From Parcubacteria group bacterium (lineage in GTDB: Bacteria > Patescibacteriota > Minisyncoccia > Moranbacterales > GCA-2747515): DNA of 64,000 bases. This document shows, piece by piece, positions 20,841 through 30,523 of this stretch. The translations under genes and the position numbers were made by a program. The notes under the pieces are model-generated. The model was given only the letters and a program-made list of their open reading frames with translations, searched no databases and had not been told where the DNA came from. The DNA is taken from NCBI GenBank assembly GCA_041660065.1, contig JBAZXC010000005.1, positions 292 to 64,291 on the forward strand. Reading direction: 5' to 3'. Each line of letters starts with the position of its first letter. Position 1 is the stretch's first letter.

Positions 20841-21539
20841 TTAAGCAACGTTGTCAAAGATTTCCACCACATCGTCAAGGTTGTCAATGAGGTCATACAG
20901 TTTTTTGTATGCACCTTTATCATTTTCACTTAATTGTATTGTTTGCGTAGGATTATAGACAAGTTTTGCTTCGGTAACATCATCTGTAATGTGTGAAAGT
21001 ACGGCATGTAATTCTTGTGGTTTGGTAATAATGATTACAGAATGATCCTCAACAAAAACGTCATCAGCACCAGCATCAATTGCCGTCATTTCTGCCGTGT
21101 CAACATCTTGTGATGCAGTGACAATGTACCCAACGTAATCAAATTGAAAGGCGACGCTTCCGCTTGGTACAAATTTTCCATTGTTTTTTTTGAGAATAGT
21201 TTTGATTTCTGTGAGCGTGCGATTGGTGTTGTCCGTGGCGCAGGCAATCATCATTGCAACGCCACCCGGACCCATGGCCTCATACACAACCTCCTCAATG
21301 CGCGCACTATCTGTGCCACTGCCACGCTTGATCGCACGGTCGATATTATCTTTTGGCATATTTGTCTTGCGCGCTTGATCGATTGCGATGCGTAGAGCAT
21401 TGTTTGTAATCACATCTGATCCGCCGTTTTGTACAGCAACGGCAATGATCTTGGCAATGCGTGTAAACACTTTTGATCGTTTGGTATCTTGTGCTTCTTT
21501 GCGATGTTTAATACCCGACCATTTATTATGTCCTGACAT
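20841..21539 (-). CDS. yebC: YebC/PmpR-family protein
   Basis: MSGHNKWSGIKHRK, MPKDNIDRAIKRG, YE..GPGG, TDNTNRT. Confidence 0.95.
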   Translation of the reverse strand: MSGHNKWSGIKHRKEAQDTKRSKVFTRIAKIIAVAVQNGGSDVITNNALRIAIDQARKTNMPKDNIDRAIKRGSGTDSARIEEVVYEAMGPGGVAMMIACATDNTNRTLTEIKTILKKNNGKFVPSGSVAFQFDYVGYIVTASQDVDTAEMTAIDAGADDVFVEDHSVIIITKPQELHAVLSHITDDVTEAKLVYNPTQTIQLSENDKGAYKKLYDLIDNLDDVVEIFDNVA

Positions 21540-21622
21540 AGAGAAGTTTTTCTAAGAGTTTAATAGTGAAATTGATTGAGTGTTTTTATATTCTCATTTT
21601 TTTATTTTTTGCGCAAGATTTT

Positions 21623-24146
21623 TTATTGTACGTCATGTTTTGGGGTACCTGTGCAGAAATTATATACAGATGCGTCAGATGGCACAATGGAGGGAATATC
21701 GCATCGATTTGTATCTTGTGTGAGTGTGTATGATGGAAACAAATACTGTTGTTTGTAAAACGAGGGGACAAATTCTGCAATTTTTTTATCAACGCCAGAG
21801 AGAGTATGTGTGATCAATGCATTTATTTTTTCAAAAAGAACAACAAAAAAAGATAATTGTGAGCGCGCGAAAGAGGTGTGCATGTGAGGGTTGTAAATAG
21901 CATCGTAGGCAATGGTTTGCTCGGCAGTTTGTTGTGTGAGCAATTGTTCATTGGCGATGGCGCGCATGATAATTGCAAGAGTTTGCTGCTGTTTTGCGCG
22001 ATCTTTTGGGATGGTCCACTGCCATGTGTTGCCGATTAGCTCATAGGTAGCATTATCGGAAATAGTATCTGTTGTGTCTCCATAAGATATGTGATCGGAC
22101 ACGGATCCATCCGGTCGGCGCAATTCGATCACGCCGGTTTTGTTGGGGAGGGTAATGGCGGCATATGTATGTGTGATCATTTTTGTGGCGCCTTTTTTGA
22201 TCGTAATATGTTGACTGATTGGATGATTGACCAGCGTCTTTTTTGTTGAGCCGGTCGCGATGCTCCATCCATAAAGATCGAGAGAATCTTTTTCTGCATT
22301 GTGCAATAAAAGATACTCATTGCCCGTATCTTTGCCGGCAGGATTTGGGACAATTTTTGTAATTTTCAATTTATATTTTGGATATTTTGTGACAACAACG
22401 GTAAAATTCTGCACAATGTCCTCGCTGTCATCTTGCACGCGCACAGAGCCGTAGTATGTTCCTGCAGTTTCATATTTGTGGCGCGTTTCCCATACATAGC
22501 TTCGGTGGCCATCGCCAAAGTCCCAGCGTACTTTTAATTTTTCACCATCGATATCTGTTGCACGTATTGAAAAATCCGCGTAGACATTTGTGTAGGCAAT
22601 TTTTTGTATGACGGTTTTTGTAAGGATAGGAAGATTATTAAAGACGTTTGGCTTTTGTGGCGTGAGAAATTTGCTCCAGCGCCATGATTGGTTTGTGAGA
22701 TCAAAATTAAAAGAAAGGTTTTCTCGAGAGGATTGATATGAAGTGGTGCTGACGATTTTTTCGTTCGGTGCGATAAGGGATATTGTTTCATTGCTGTTAT
22801 TGAGTGCAAAGATGAATTGTGTGCGGAAGATCACAATGTAAGTGTGTGCTTCAATAATAGTACTGTGTGTAAATGTATAGGATCCGGTAGAAGAGGCATC
22901 ATGCAATGTCCAATTTTTGAGATCAGCAGAAATATCATTGGGGTTGTAAATCTCAATAAACTCGTTGGTTTCCTCGTCATTAAGCGGATTTGGCAATATC
23001 TCACTCAATAATAGTTGCGGATATGATTGTGTTCGCGGATCTGGCGTATTGGATGTATCCGGAGTCATTTCTGCCCAATACCAATCAGGAGCGTTATTCA
23101 GCGATAATCCCTCGTGCGCTTGTGTGTACGACACAGTAGAGATTGTTTTACCGTTTGGTGCGATGAGTGAGACTGTTTCGTCACCACTGTTATTGAGCGC
23201 AAATCCGAATGTGCTGCGATATACGATCTAAATATGCATGTGCATCGATTGTCGCATCACCAAAAAGATATGTTCCAGTTGCCGTTGCATCTTTGATCAT
23301 CCAATTTTCTAGTGATGCAGATGTATCAAAAGGATTGTAGATCTCAATGAATTCATCAGTTTCTTCATTGTCGATCGGGTCAGGGAGAAGCTCGTTAAGC
23401 ATGAGCGCGGGATAATCTTTTGTGAGGGGATTTTCCATATTTTCTGCATGTGGCGTCGGAGATTCTTCATACCACTGCGAATCGTCATAATTCCACGACA
23501 ATCCCTCGTGAGATGTTGTATATGCATAGTGTGCGATGCGGATGTGGTCCGCGTTATCCACAAAGATTTCTTCGTCGCTGTTGTTGAGCACAAAAGAAAA
23601 ATCTCGTTGATTGTACAGTGTGAGATAGTCGTGTGGCGCTAGTATGATATTGCCAAATGTGAAACGCTTCGATGGACTTGCGATGCCGGTTTTATCATAG
23701 ATTTCCCAATCTTTTAAATCGACAGTGCTATCGCTGTCATTGTATAATTCGATAAATTCATTGCCTGTGTCCGATCCGGACGGGTTTGCTAAAATTTCAT
23801 TGATGCGGATAGCGTCTGCAGTCAAAGATCTTGCAGTTTTTTCTGTAAGAATTTTTTGTGGTTCATTGGGTGTTGGCGGTGTTGGCGTTTCTGTGGGATC
23901 GAGGATTGTATCAAGCGGTGATGAAGGGGCGCCTTCTTCCAATGGGATTGAGGGCAGCTGTTCAGAAGGGGACACTTCTTCTCTCTCTTCCATTGTGAGA
24001 GGAAGATCATTTTTTGGTGTTGGTGTCTCTTGAATAGGAGGAACTGAAACGGGCGGATCGGTTGATGTGGGCGTGTCAGCACATGTATAGAATGGCGGTA
24101 TGCCAATGAGCAAAACAAACAAAATGACACGAAAGACTATGCGCAT
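21623..24146 (-). pseudogene. Secreted multi-lamin-tail-domain + PKD protein split by a +1 frameshift near 23228
   Basis: Signal-like N-terminus, Pro/Thr linker, repeated INE...NP....EFIE.YN units, WDFGDG; ORFs 23190-24146 and 21623-23134 join if one base is removed. Confidence 0.75.
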
Positions 24147-24270
24147 AAAAAAAATTATAAACAGGAAACATCTTTTTGTTTTTGCATGGTTTTTTATCTT
24201 AGCAAAAATAATATAATTGTCAAAAAAAGCCGTATTTACGGCTTTTGATGTGCAGTGTCAATAAAAGATC

Positions 24271-24822
24271 TCACATGCCACTACCGGTAATTTGCTCCAA
24301 GCTCTTTTTGCGTTGTTGTGTAACAATTTGCGATTTGATTTCATAAGGGTTGCCGACAGAACGGAATATAAAACGGGATTGTTCAGCAGCAGTTTGCACA
24401 GTCAAATCGCCAAAATTAAAAATTGTGGGGAAAAAGCCTTTGACTTCTGTGGACACATCTTGGATCGAACGATATTTAAGCTCGCTCACTTGTCGAGAAA
24501 AGAGACCTTTTTGTTCGACGTTGACGATGCGTTCTGTGGTCATGATCCAAATGTCGAGATAATAATCAAACCAAATGACAAAACCGTAAATCCACATAAG
24601 AAGCGCAAAGAATGTTTGGAGAAAATAAAAAAGTGTTTTGGCGCCTTCATCGATGAATTCTGTAAAAATATAGGGATATAATATGATACTAAGAAACATT
24701 GTTCCCAAAAGCGCATAAATGGGCATGAATTGGATCACGATGTTGAACCAGTGTCTATGAATGATGCGAATGATCTGTTCATTCGGATTTTGCGATGTGA
24801 AATAATAATCCAATGGTTTCAT
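24271..24822 (-). CDS. Membrane protein with a bacterial PH domain
   Basis: Two TM helices then W..T.ERI..VEQ.GLF.R, IQDV, FNFGDL.VQTA. Confidence 0.8.
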   Translation of the reverse strand: MKPLDYYFTSQNPNEQIIRIIHRHWFNIVIQFMPIYALLGTMFLSIILYPYIFTEFIDEGAKTLFYFLQTFFALLMWIYGFVIWFDYYLDIWIMTTERIVNVEQKGLFSRQVSELKYRSIQDVSTEVKGFFPTIFNFGDLTVQTAAEQSRFIFRSVGNPYEIKSQIVTQQRKKSLEQITGSGM

Positions 24823-24827
24823 ATTTT

Positions 24828-25052
24828 TTAATATAAATTACTGCTAGAAAAGATCTCATCAAAAGGAATAGAAACAAAAAGAGAAAAATTGACGATCACA
24901 AGGGCAATCGTTGTCACAATAAAAAAGATGATGAGTGGCTTGGTAAAGGATGGGTTGATGGAGTATTCTTGTAGTCGCGTAACAATAAAAAAACTTGCGA
25001 GCATAATTGTGAGAACAAAGAGGATATAGATGATGGCAAAAAGGAGTAGCAT
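24828..25052 (-). CDS. Small two-helix membrane protein
   Basis: 74-aa ORF tightly packed between ruvB and the PH-domain gene. Confidence 0.65.
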   Translation of the reverse strand: MLLLFAIIYILFVLTIMLASFFIVTRLQEYSINPSFTKPLIIFFIVTTIALVIVNFSLFVSIPFDEIFSSSNLY

Positions 25053-25068
25053 AAGATTTTATGATGAG

Positions 25069-26085
25069 TTAGCGTTTTAATTGGGCATAGCCATGATCGG
25101 TCACGATGCGTCCGCGCGGAGAACGTTCAAGAAAGCCTCTTTGCATGAGATATGGCTCATAAACATCCTCAATGGTTTGAACTTCCTCTGAAAGTGCATT
25201 GGCGATTGTCTGGATGCCAACGGGACCGCCGTTGAATTTGTCGATAATAAGTGTCAAAAACTCCCGATCAGTCGGCTCAAGACCATTGTCATCGATATCA
25301 AGCATCTCGAGCGCTTGTTGGGCGACATGGGCATTGATCACATCATGTTCATGCACTTCTGCCCAGTCGCGGGCACGCTTTAAGAGGCGATTGGCGATGC
25401 GCGGTGTCTGGCGTGCGGCACGCGCAAGACAGAGAGCGCCGGCATCATCGATCGCACATGTGAGAATCGATGCACTGCGTGCAATGATCCTCTCAATATC
25501 CTCTTGTTTATAGAATTCCAAGCGATGGATCACGCCAAAACGATCGCGAAGCGGTCCTGTGAGATTGCCCATGCGCGTTGTTGCACCAATGAGGGTGAAT
25601 TTTGGCAGATCGATCTGCAATGCCTGTGCACTGGGTCCTTTGCCTACGATGAGATCGAGTTTGTGATCTTCCATTGCCGGATAGAGCACCTCCTCAACTA
25701 CTTTGTTGAGGCGGTGGATCTCATCGATAAAAAGTACATCGCCATCTTGCATGTTGGTGAGAATCGATCCGAGATCGCCGACGCGTTCGATTGCCGGTCC
25801 GGATGTCGTTTTGATATTGACATTCATCTCGCGCGCAATGATGTTGGCAAGTGTCGTTTTGCCCAGCCCCGGCGGTCCGTAGAGGAGGATGTGTTCTAGC
25901 GGTTCTTTGCGCTTTTTTGCGGCGTCGAGGAAGATGCGGAGTTGTTTTTTGATCTTTTCTTGTCCGACGTATTCACTAAGTTTTTGTGGACGAAGTGTAT
26001 AATCAATGGTGAATTCACTCGGAATTGCCGGTTCTTGTGGTTGCGTGTCGCTCTCTGCGCTGTGATCATGCGTAATAAGTGTCAT
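25069..26085 (-). CDS. ruvB: Holliday junction helicase RuvB
   Basis: [42 protein letters not shown]...R.PRGR. Confidence 0.98.
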   Translation of the reverse strand: MTLITHDHSAESDTQPQEPAIPSEFTIDYTLRPQKLSEYVGQEKIKKQLRIFLDAAKKRKEPLEHILLYGPPGLGKTTLANIIAREMNVNIKTTSGPAIERVGDLGSILTNMQDGDVLFIDEIHRLNKVVEEVLYPAMEDHKLDLIVGKGPSAQALQIDLPKFTLIGATTRMGNLTGPLRDRFGVIHRLEFYKQEDIERIIARSASILTCAIDDAGALCLARAARQTPRIANRLLKRARDWAEVHEHDVINAHVAQQALEMLDIDDNGLEPTDREFLTLIIDKFNGGPVGIQTIANALSEEVQTIEDVYEPYLMQRGFLERSPRGRIVTDHGYAQLKR

Positions 26086-26147
26086 AGCCGTTTTTGCTTT
26101 TTAAGAAAGGAAAAGTAAGGGTTCTACGTAGTATATTGTAGCACCTC

Positions 26148-26176
26148 TTGACAGGATTTCAAAGGTATGCTAAGAT
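26148..26176 (+). promoter_or_regulatory. Sigma70-type promoter with extended -10
   Basis: TTGACA-17 bp-TAAGAT with TG two bases upstream of the -10. Confidence 0.75.
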
Positions 26177-26182
26177 AGTAAG

Positions 26183-26455
26183 TCCTGTTAGGATGTGTTT
26201 AAAAATTGATGTTTTTGTATCTGTAGGCACAACTATGGGCTTTTCTATCTTTGAAGCTCATATCGGAAGATGTTCGTCCAGATCGGGTTCTTGTGGTTTC
26301 GGCTGCGGCTCTCCTCGATGCTTCTTCTCCCCGCATGCGTCATCGACCATGCGGGTATGCTGCCTACGGTTTCAACTAAGGAGGTAGCAACTGTCTACAG
26401 ATACAAAAACAGCAACAAACAGCAAATAAACCCCGCCACTTTGGCGGGGTTTTTT
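26183..26455 (+). ncRNA. Candidate structured ncRNA of unknown class
   Basis: 20-bp closing stem 26210-26229/26392-26411 enclosing four hairpins with G-U pairs on the + strand; own promoter and terminator. Confidence 0.65.
26428..26455 (+). terminator. Intrinsic terminator
   Basis: AAACCCCGCCA-ctt-TGGCGGGGTTTTTT. Confidence 0.85.
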
Positions 26456-26509
26456 ACATGACATTTATACAGCATGATATAATTAAGAATATTTTTAAAA
26501 ACAATATGT

Positions 26510-27313
26510 ATGAATAATTCAGGTGAAAATGGAGAAAAGATCCCGCATAATTTTGTGGAACAAAACATTCAAGAGGGTCAAATGGATATCCCGTATGTTA
26601 CACCAGAAGATCGACGTAATGCAAAGAAACAGTTGGAAAAACCGCTAGCGGTGGAAGAGGGTGAGGATGGTGAAACAAAACTGTCTGCGGAAAATGCAAA
26701 GATCACGATACAAAAAACGAACTTGGATCAGAGAGAGGCGGATGAACTTGCCGAGTTTAAACGCAAAAATGAACATGGTCTTGGCAACAGTAAGAATGAT
26801 GTAAGCGTGCGGGAATTGCCAAATGCTGAAGAATGGCAACGGTTGGATCGTTTTGTTGTGAATAATGGACAAGAGGAAAAAGATTTCACCAAGATCATGC
26901 CGGAAATGCGTCATTACAAAATATTTTTTTGTCCTTCGCTTGCACAAGACAAGCACTCCGTGGCAACGGACGAGGCAAATAAAAATATTTATGTTATGGG
27001 TAACATGACGTCACTTCTCGACATTGTGGAATTGTTGCACAAAATTGGACATGTGTGGGAAAGTAGCGGTATGGATAGTAATGTGGAAAATATGGATTCT
27101 CAGGATGCTATGCTCAAAAAAGAATATAACGCAACACACTTTACTATGAAAATGTTGAAGCCGTTTTTGGTCGGTCAAAATGGTAAAAATATCGAAAATG
27201 TCGTGTATGGCAATTACCATGAATATGTAGAAGAAATGAATGGATCTGTGCAAGATCCTCATCACAAAAATGTGCGCGACGGGCAAATCGATCGTCCGGA
27301 GCTGGAGAAGTAA
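26510..27313 (+). CDS. Hypothetical acidic protein with a degenerate zincin-like motif
   Basis: 267-aa ORF; ELLHKIGH resembles HExxH; followed by a terminator near 27320-27350. Confidence 0.7.
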   Translation: MNNSGENGEKIPHNFVEQNIQEGQMDIPYVTPEDRRNAKKQLEKPLAVEEGEDGETKLSAENAKITIQKTNLDQREADELAEFKRKNEHGLGNSKNDVSVRELPNAEEWQRLDRFVVNNGQEEKDFTKIMPEMRHYKIFFCPSLAQDKHSVATDEANKNIYVMGNMTSLLDIVELLHKIGHVWESSGMDSNVENMDSQDAMLKKEYNATHFTMKMLKPFLVGQNGKNIENVVYGNYHEYVEEMNGSVQDPHHKNVRDGQIDRPELEK

Positions 27314-27357
27314 ACAATAAAAAACTGATTACATAAGGTAATCAGTTTTTGTTTTGT

Positions 27358-30300
27358 TTACAGCGTTGTAACGCGTTTGGCTTCCTCAAGGGTTGTGGCG
27401 CCTTCAAGGACTTTGAGGAGAGCGTCTTGCTCCATGGTGAGCATGCCTTTTTCGATCGCTTTTTTCTTGAGATCTGCCATCATTGCGCCGTGAGCGATCA
27501 GTTCGCGCAAATCGTCGTCCATGATAAATACTTCCGATACGACGGTACGGCCTTTATACCCGATGCCATTACACTTTGGACATCCGCCCGGGATGAAGAT
27601 TTTTTCTGTCTGGGGGCGTGGAATTGCGACAACCGGTGAAATGCCTTCAAGTGTTTTTGTGATCATGATTTTTTCTTCTTCCGTTACCGGACGATCTTTT
27701 TTACATTCACAGAGCGTACGTACGAGACGCTGGGCGATAAAGGCATTGACGGCGGTAGTGAGGTCGTCAGTGCCAATGCCGAGGCGGATGAGGCGCTGTA
27801 CAGCACCAACGGCATCGTTGGTGTGAAGCGAAGAGATGAGGAGATGACCTGTAAGTGCGGCATTGACTGCTGTTTCCGCCGTTTCTTCATCGCGGATTTC
27901 ACCAACCAACATCACATCGGGATCTTGACGGAGGAGGGCGCGAAGTGCAGAAGCAAATGTATAGCCGGCCTTTTTATCGATCTGTGTTTGCAAAATACCA
28001 TCGAGCTGATATTCGATCGGATCTTCGATGGTGATGATCTTGATGTCAGGGTTGCTGATCTCACGCAAGACGCTGTACAGTGTTGTGGTTTTACCGGAGC
28101 CTGTCGGACCTGTGTTGAGGATGATGCCGTATGGTTTATGTGCTTGTGACATGATGCGGTCGAGATTGTAATCACGGATGCCAATTGTATGCAAGTCGAT
28201 GTTGACAGTTTCTCTGTTGAGGAGGCGCAACACAACTGTCTCGCCATAACCGCCGACGATGATCGAAACACGCACATCCACATGATTTTCCGTTGCATCT
28301 TCCTTTTCATAAAGAATGCGGAAACGACTGTCGGAAACACCTTGGCGAATTGTCGTAGGGATGTTGCTGATGACCTTGATCTTGCTGAGAAGAAGGGGGT
28401 AACTGATGATCGGCATATGGGCGATGGATTGCAATACGCCATCGACACGCATACGGATATCGACAAAATCTTCCTGCGGCTCAATGTGGATATCACTTGA
28501 TTTGAGCGTTGATCCATAGGCGAGGATCACGGGGAGAACATCATTGTCATCAGCTTTGTTGACACAGGCGTCGATGGCAGTAAAATTTTGCGCATTGGCG
28601 CCGGCAAGATTTTGGATCTCATTTTTGACAAAAATGCCATGTGCAAGAGATTGCGACATGAGGTCTTCATAAAGTTTTTCGATGAGTTCTCCTTCAGTCG
28701 TGACTCGCATAATCTCCTCGATCGTTGTTTGTCCTTTTAATGCTTTCAAAACACCATCTTGTGTCATCGTGACCAAACCGTCTTCAATTGCTGATTTCAT
28801 GATCTCAGTCTCACTTGCGAGATCAAGGATCATTTGTTCAATTGTGCTGGTCATGGTAAGAACCTCAAAAATGCCGATGCGACCCTTATAGCCTGTGTTA
28901 TGGCATTGATCACATCCGACAGCGCGATATATGGAAGTGATTTGTTTTGGGATTTCCAACTTTGCTTTTGGCGAAATGAGAGCTACCATTTTCATGAACA
29001 TCTCGATGGTCTCTTGCGCCGGCACGTATTGTTCTTTGCAGTTTTCGCACAGGGTACGCACAAGACGTTGTGCCATAAAGACATTTGTTGCAGATGGGAT
29101 GAGCGTTGGTTTGACACCGAGCTCCATGAGACGAGGGATCGTTGCAATGGCGTTATTGGTGTGTAGTGTGGAAAGCACGAGATGACCGGTGAGAGCGGCG
29201 TTCACAGCAACGTCAGCTGTTTCATCATCGCGGATCTCACCGACGAGAATGACATCAGGGTCTTGCCTCACAATTGCGCGCAATCCTCTGGCAAAAGTAT
29301 AGCCATGCTCTTTCGAAATTTGCGTCTGGGAGATGCCTTCGATCTGATACTCGATCGGATCCTCGATCGTGATGATCTTTGTCTCTGCCGTTTTGATGTG
29401 GTTGATAAGCGTATAAAGTGTTGTCGTCTTGCCGGATCCTGTTGGACCTGTTGTGAGAATCATGCCGGCATTTTTGGCGATATTTTTTTGGATATCCTCA
29501 AAGGCTTTTCCTGCGAGGCCGAGAGTATTGATGTCTACGGTAATGCTATCACTGCGCAAAAGACGAAGTACGATACCCTCAAATTCCTTACCCGGAATTG
29601 TGGATACACGGACATCAATTTGCGTCGTGCCATCAAGCTCAGAAGTAAAGTGACCATCTTGCGCCTCATCGCGGATATTGATCCGCATTTTGCTCATGAG
29701 TTTGATACGGTTGGTCAATAGTTTGTGCGTGTGATGTGGGATGGTGGTAATGTCTTGCAGTACACCATCGATGCGATAACGCATGTGCACAGATTCCTTT
29801 TGTGGTTCAAGATGAATGTCGCTTGCAAGAAGCTTGACTGCGCCGGAAAAAATAATATTGAGCACCTCGGTTGTGGGTAATTCGTCAATATTTTCTTTGA
29901 GTCGCAATAATTGTCCGAGACCTTGTTCAAATTCCTCGAGATCTTTTCCTGTAAGCGTTAGACGCATTGTGTCGATTGCGTCAATAAAATACGCATTTTT
30001 GTATTGACGCAGTAATTTTTCAAAAGAATCATGAGAGATCACAAACAGCTCCACGTCCCATCCTTTTGTGTCACGCAAATCTGCAATGAGTTGGTGAAGC
30101 TCGGGGTTTTCCGGATTAGGGCTGCCGAGTTTGAGAAATTTTCCTGATGAGTGGAACGCTGCAACCTGATATTGTTTGGCGACATCTTCTTTGATCGTGG
30201 AAACATCATCACTAGAGATTGGGGTGATGTTGAGATCGATATAAGGGAGGCCGAGTCTTTTTGCGGTGTAGGAAGCAAATTCTTCCTGACTTTTTGATTG

Positions 30301-30378
30301 GAGATGTTGCAGGGTGCGTTCGGTTTCTCTTGCGTGAAGTTTCTCGGCTTGCTCGTCAGGGTGTGTGATGATGACCAT
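27358..30378 (-). CDS. GspE/PilB-family secretion ATPase with two tandem ATPase modules
   Basis: Two copies each of SDIH.EP, R.R.DG.L, GPTGSGKTTTLY, EDPIEY, RQDPDV..VGEIRD, TGHL..S.LHTN. Confidence 0.93.
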   Translation of the reverse strand: MVIITHPDEQAEKLHARETERTLQHLQSKSQEEFASYTAKRLGLPYIDLNITPISSDDVSTIKEDVAKQYQVAAFHSSGKFLKLGSPNPENPELHQLIADLRDTKGWDVELFVISHDSFEKLLRQYKNAYFIDAIDTMRLTLTGKDLEEFEQGLGQLLRLKENIDELPTTEVLNIIFSGAVKLLASDIHLEPQKESVHMRYRIDGVLQDITTIPHHTHKLLTNRIKLMSKMRINIRDEAQDGHFTSELDGTTQIDVRVSTIPGKEFEGIVLRLLRSDSITVDINTLGLAGKAFEDIQKNIAKNAGMILTTGPTGSGKTTTLYTLINHIKTAETKIITIEDPIEYQIEGISQTQISKEHGYTFARGLRAIVRQDPDVILVGEIRDDETADVAVNAALTGHLVLSTLHTNNAIATIPRLMELGVKPTLIPSATNVFMAQRLVRTLCENCKEQYVPAQETIEMFMKMVALISPKAKLEIPKQITSIYRAVGCDQCHNTGYKGRIGIFEVLTMTSTIEQMILDLASETEIMKSAIEDGLVTMTQDGVLKALKGQTTIEEIMRVTTEGELIEKLYEDLMSQSLAHGIFVKNEIQNLAGANAQNFTAIDACVNKADDNDVLPVILAYGSTLKSSDIHIEPQEDFVDIRMRVDGVLQSIAHMPIISYPLLLSKIKVISNIPTTIRQGVSDSRFRILYEKEDATENHVDVRVSIIVGGYGETVVLRLLNRETVNIDLHTIGIRDYNLDRIMSQAHKPYGIILNTGPTGSGKTTTLYSVLREISNPDIKIITIEDPIEYQLDGILQTQIDKKAGYTFASALRALLRQDPDVMLVGEIRDEETAETAVNAALTGHLLISSLHTNDAVGAVQRLIRLGIGTDDLTTAVNAFIAQRLVRTLCECKKDRPVTEEEKIMITKTLEGISPVVAIPRPQTEKIFIPGGCPKCNGIGYKGRTVVSEVFIMDDDLRELIAHGAMMADLKKKAIEKGMLTMEQDALLKVLEGATTLEEAKRVTTL

Positions 30379-30523
30379 ATTTTTTGATTTTTTTATTTAC
30401 GAACAAAAAGGGATATAGCAATGATGAAAATCTGCAAAAATTACAAGAGACCATCATTATGTCACAGAATAAGATGTCCTTATTTTAGCAGTTTTTTTTG
30501 AGAAGTGAAAGCGATGAGGATGT

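Noticed and set aside
23200-23240. Programmed frameshift in the lamin-tail gene
   Set aside because: No slippery heptamer, homopolymer or obvious stimulatory structure.
26183-26455. RNase P RNA, tmRNA, SRP RNA or a retron
   Set aside because: No GAGGAAAGTCC core, no tRNA-like ends, no SRP helix-8 motif, and no reverse transcriptase in the window.
26148-26461. ORFs 26148-26387 and 26270-26461 as proteins
   Set aside because: The first begins inside the -35 box and the second runs through the terminator; the region is better explained by RNA structure.
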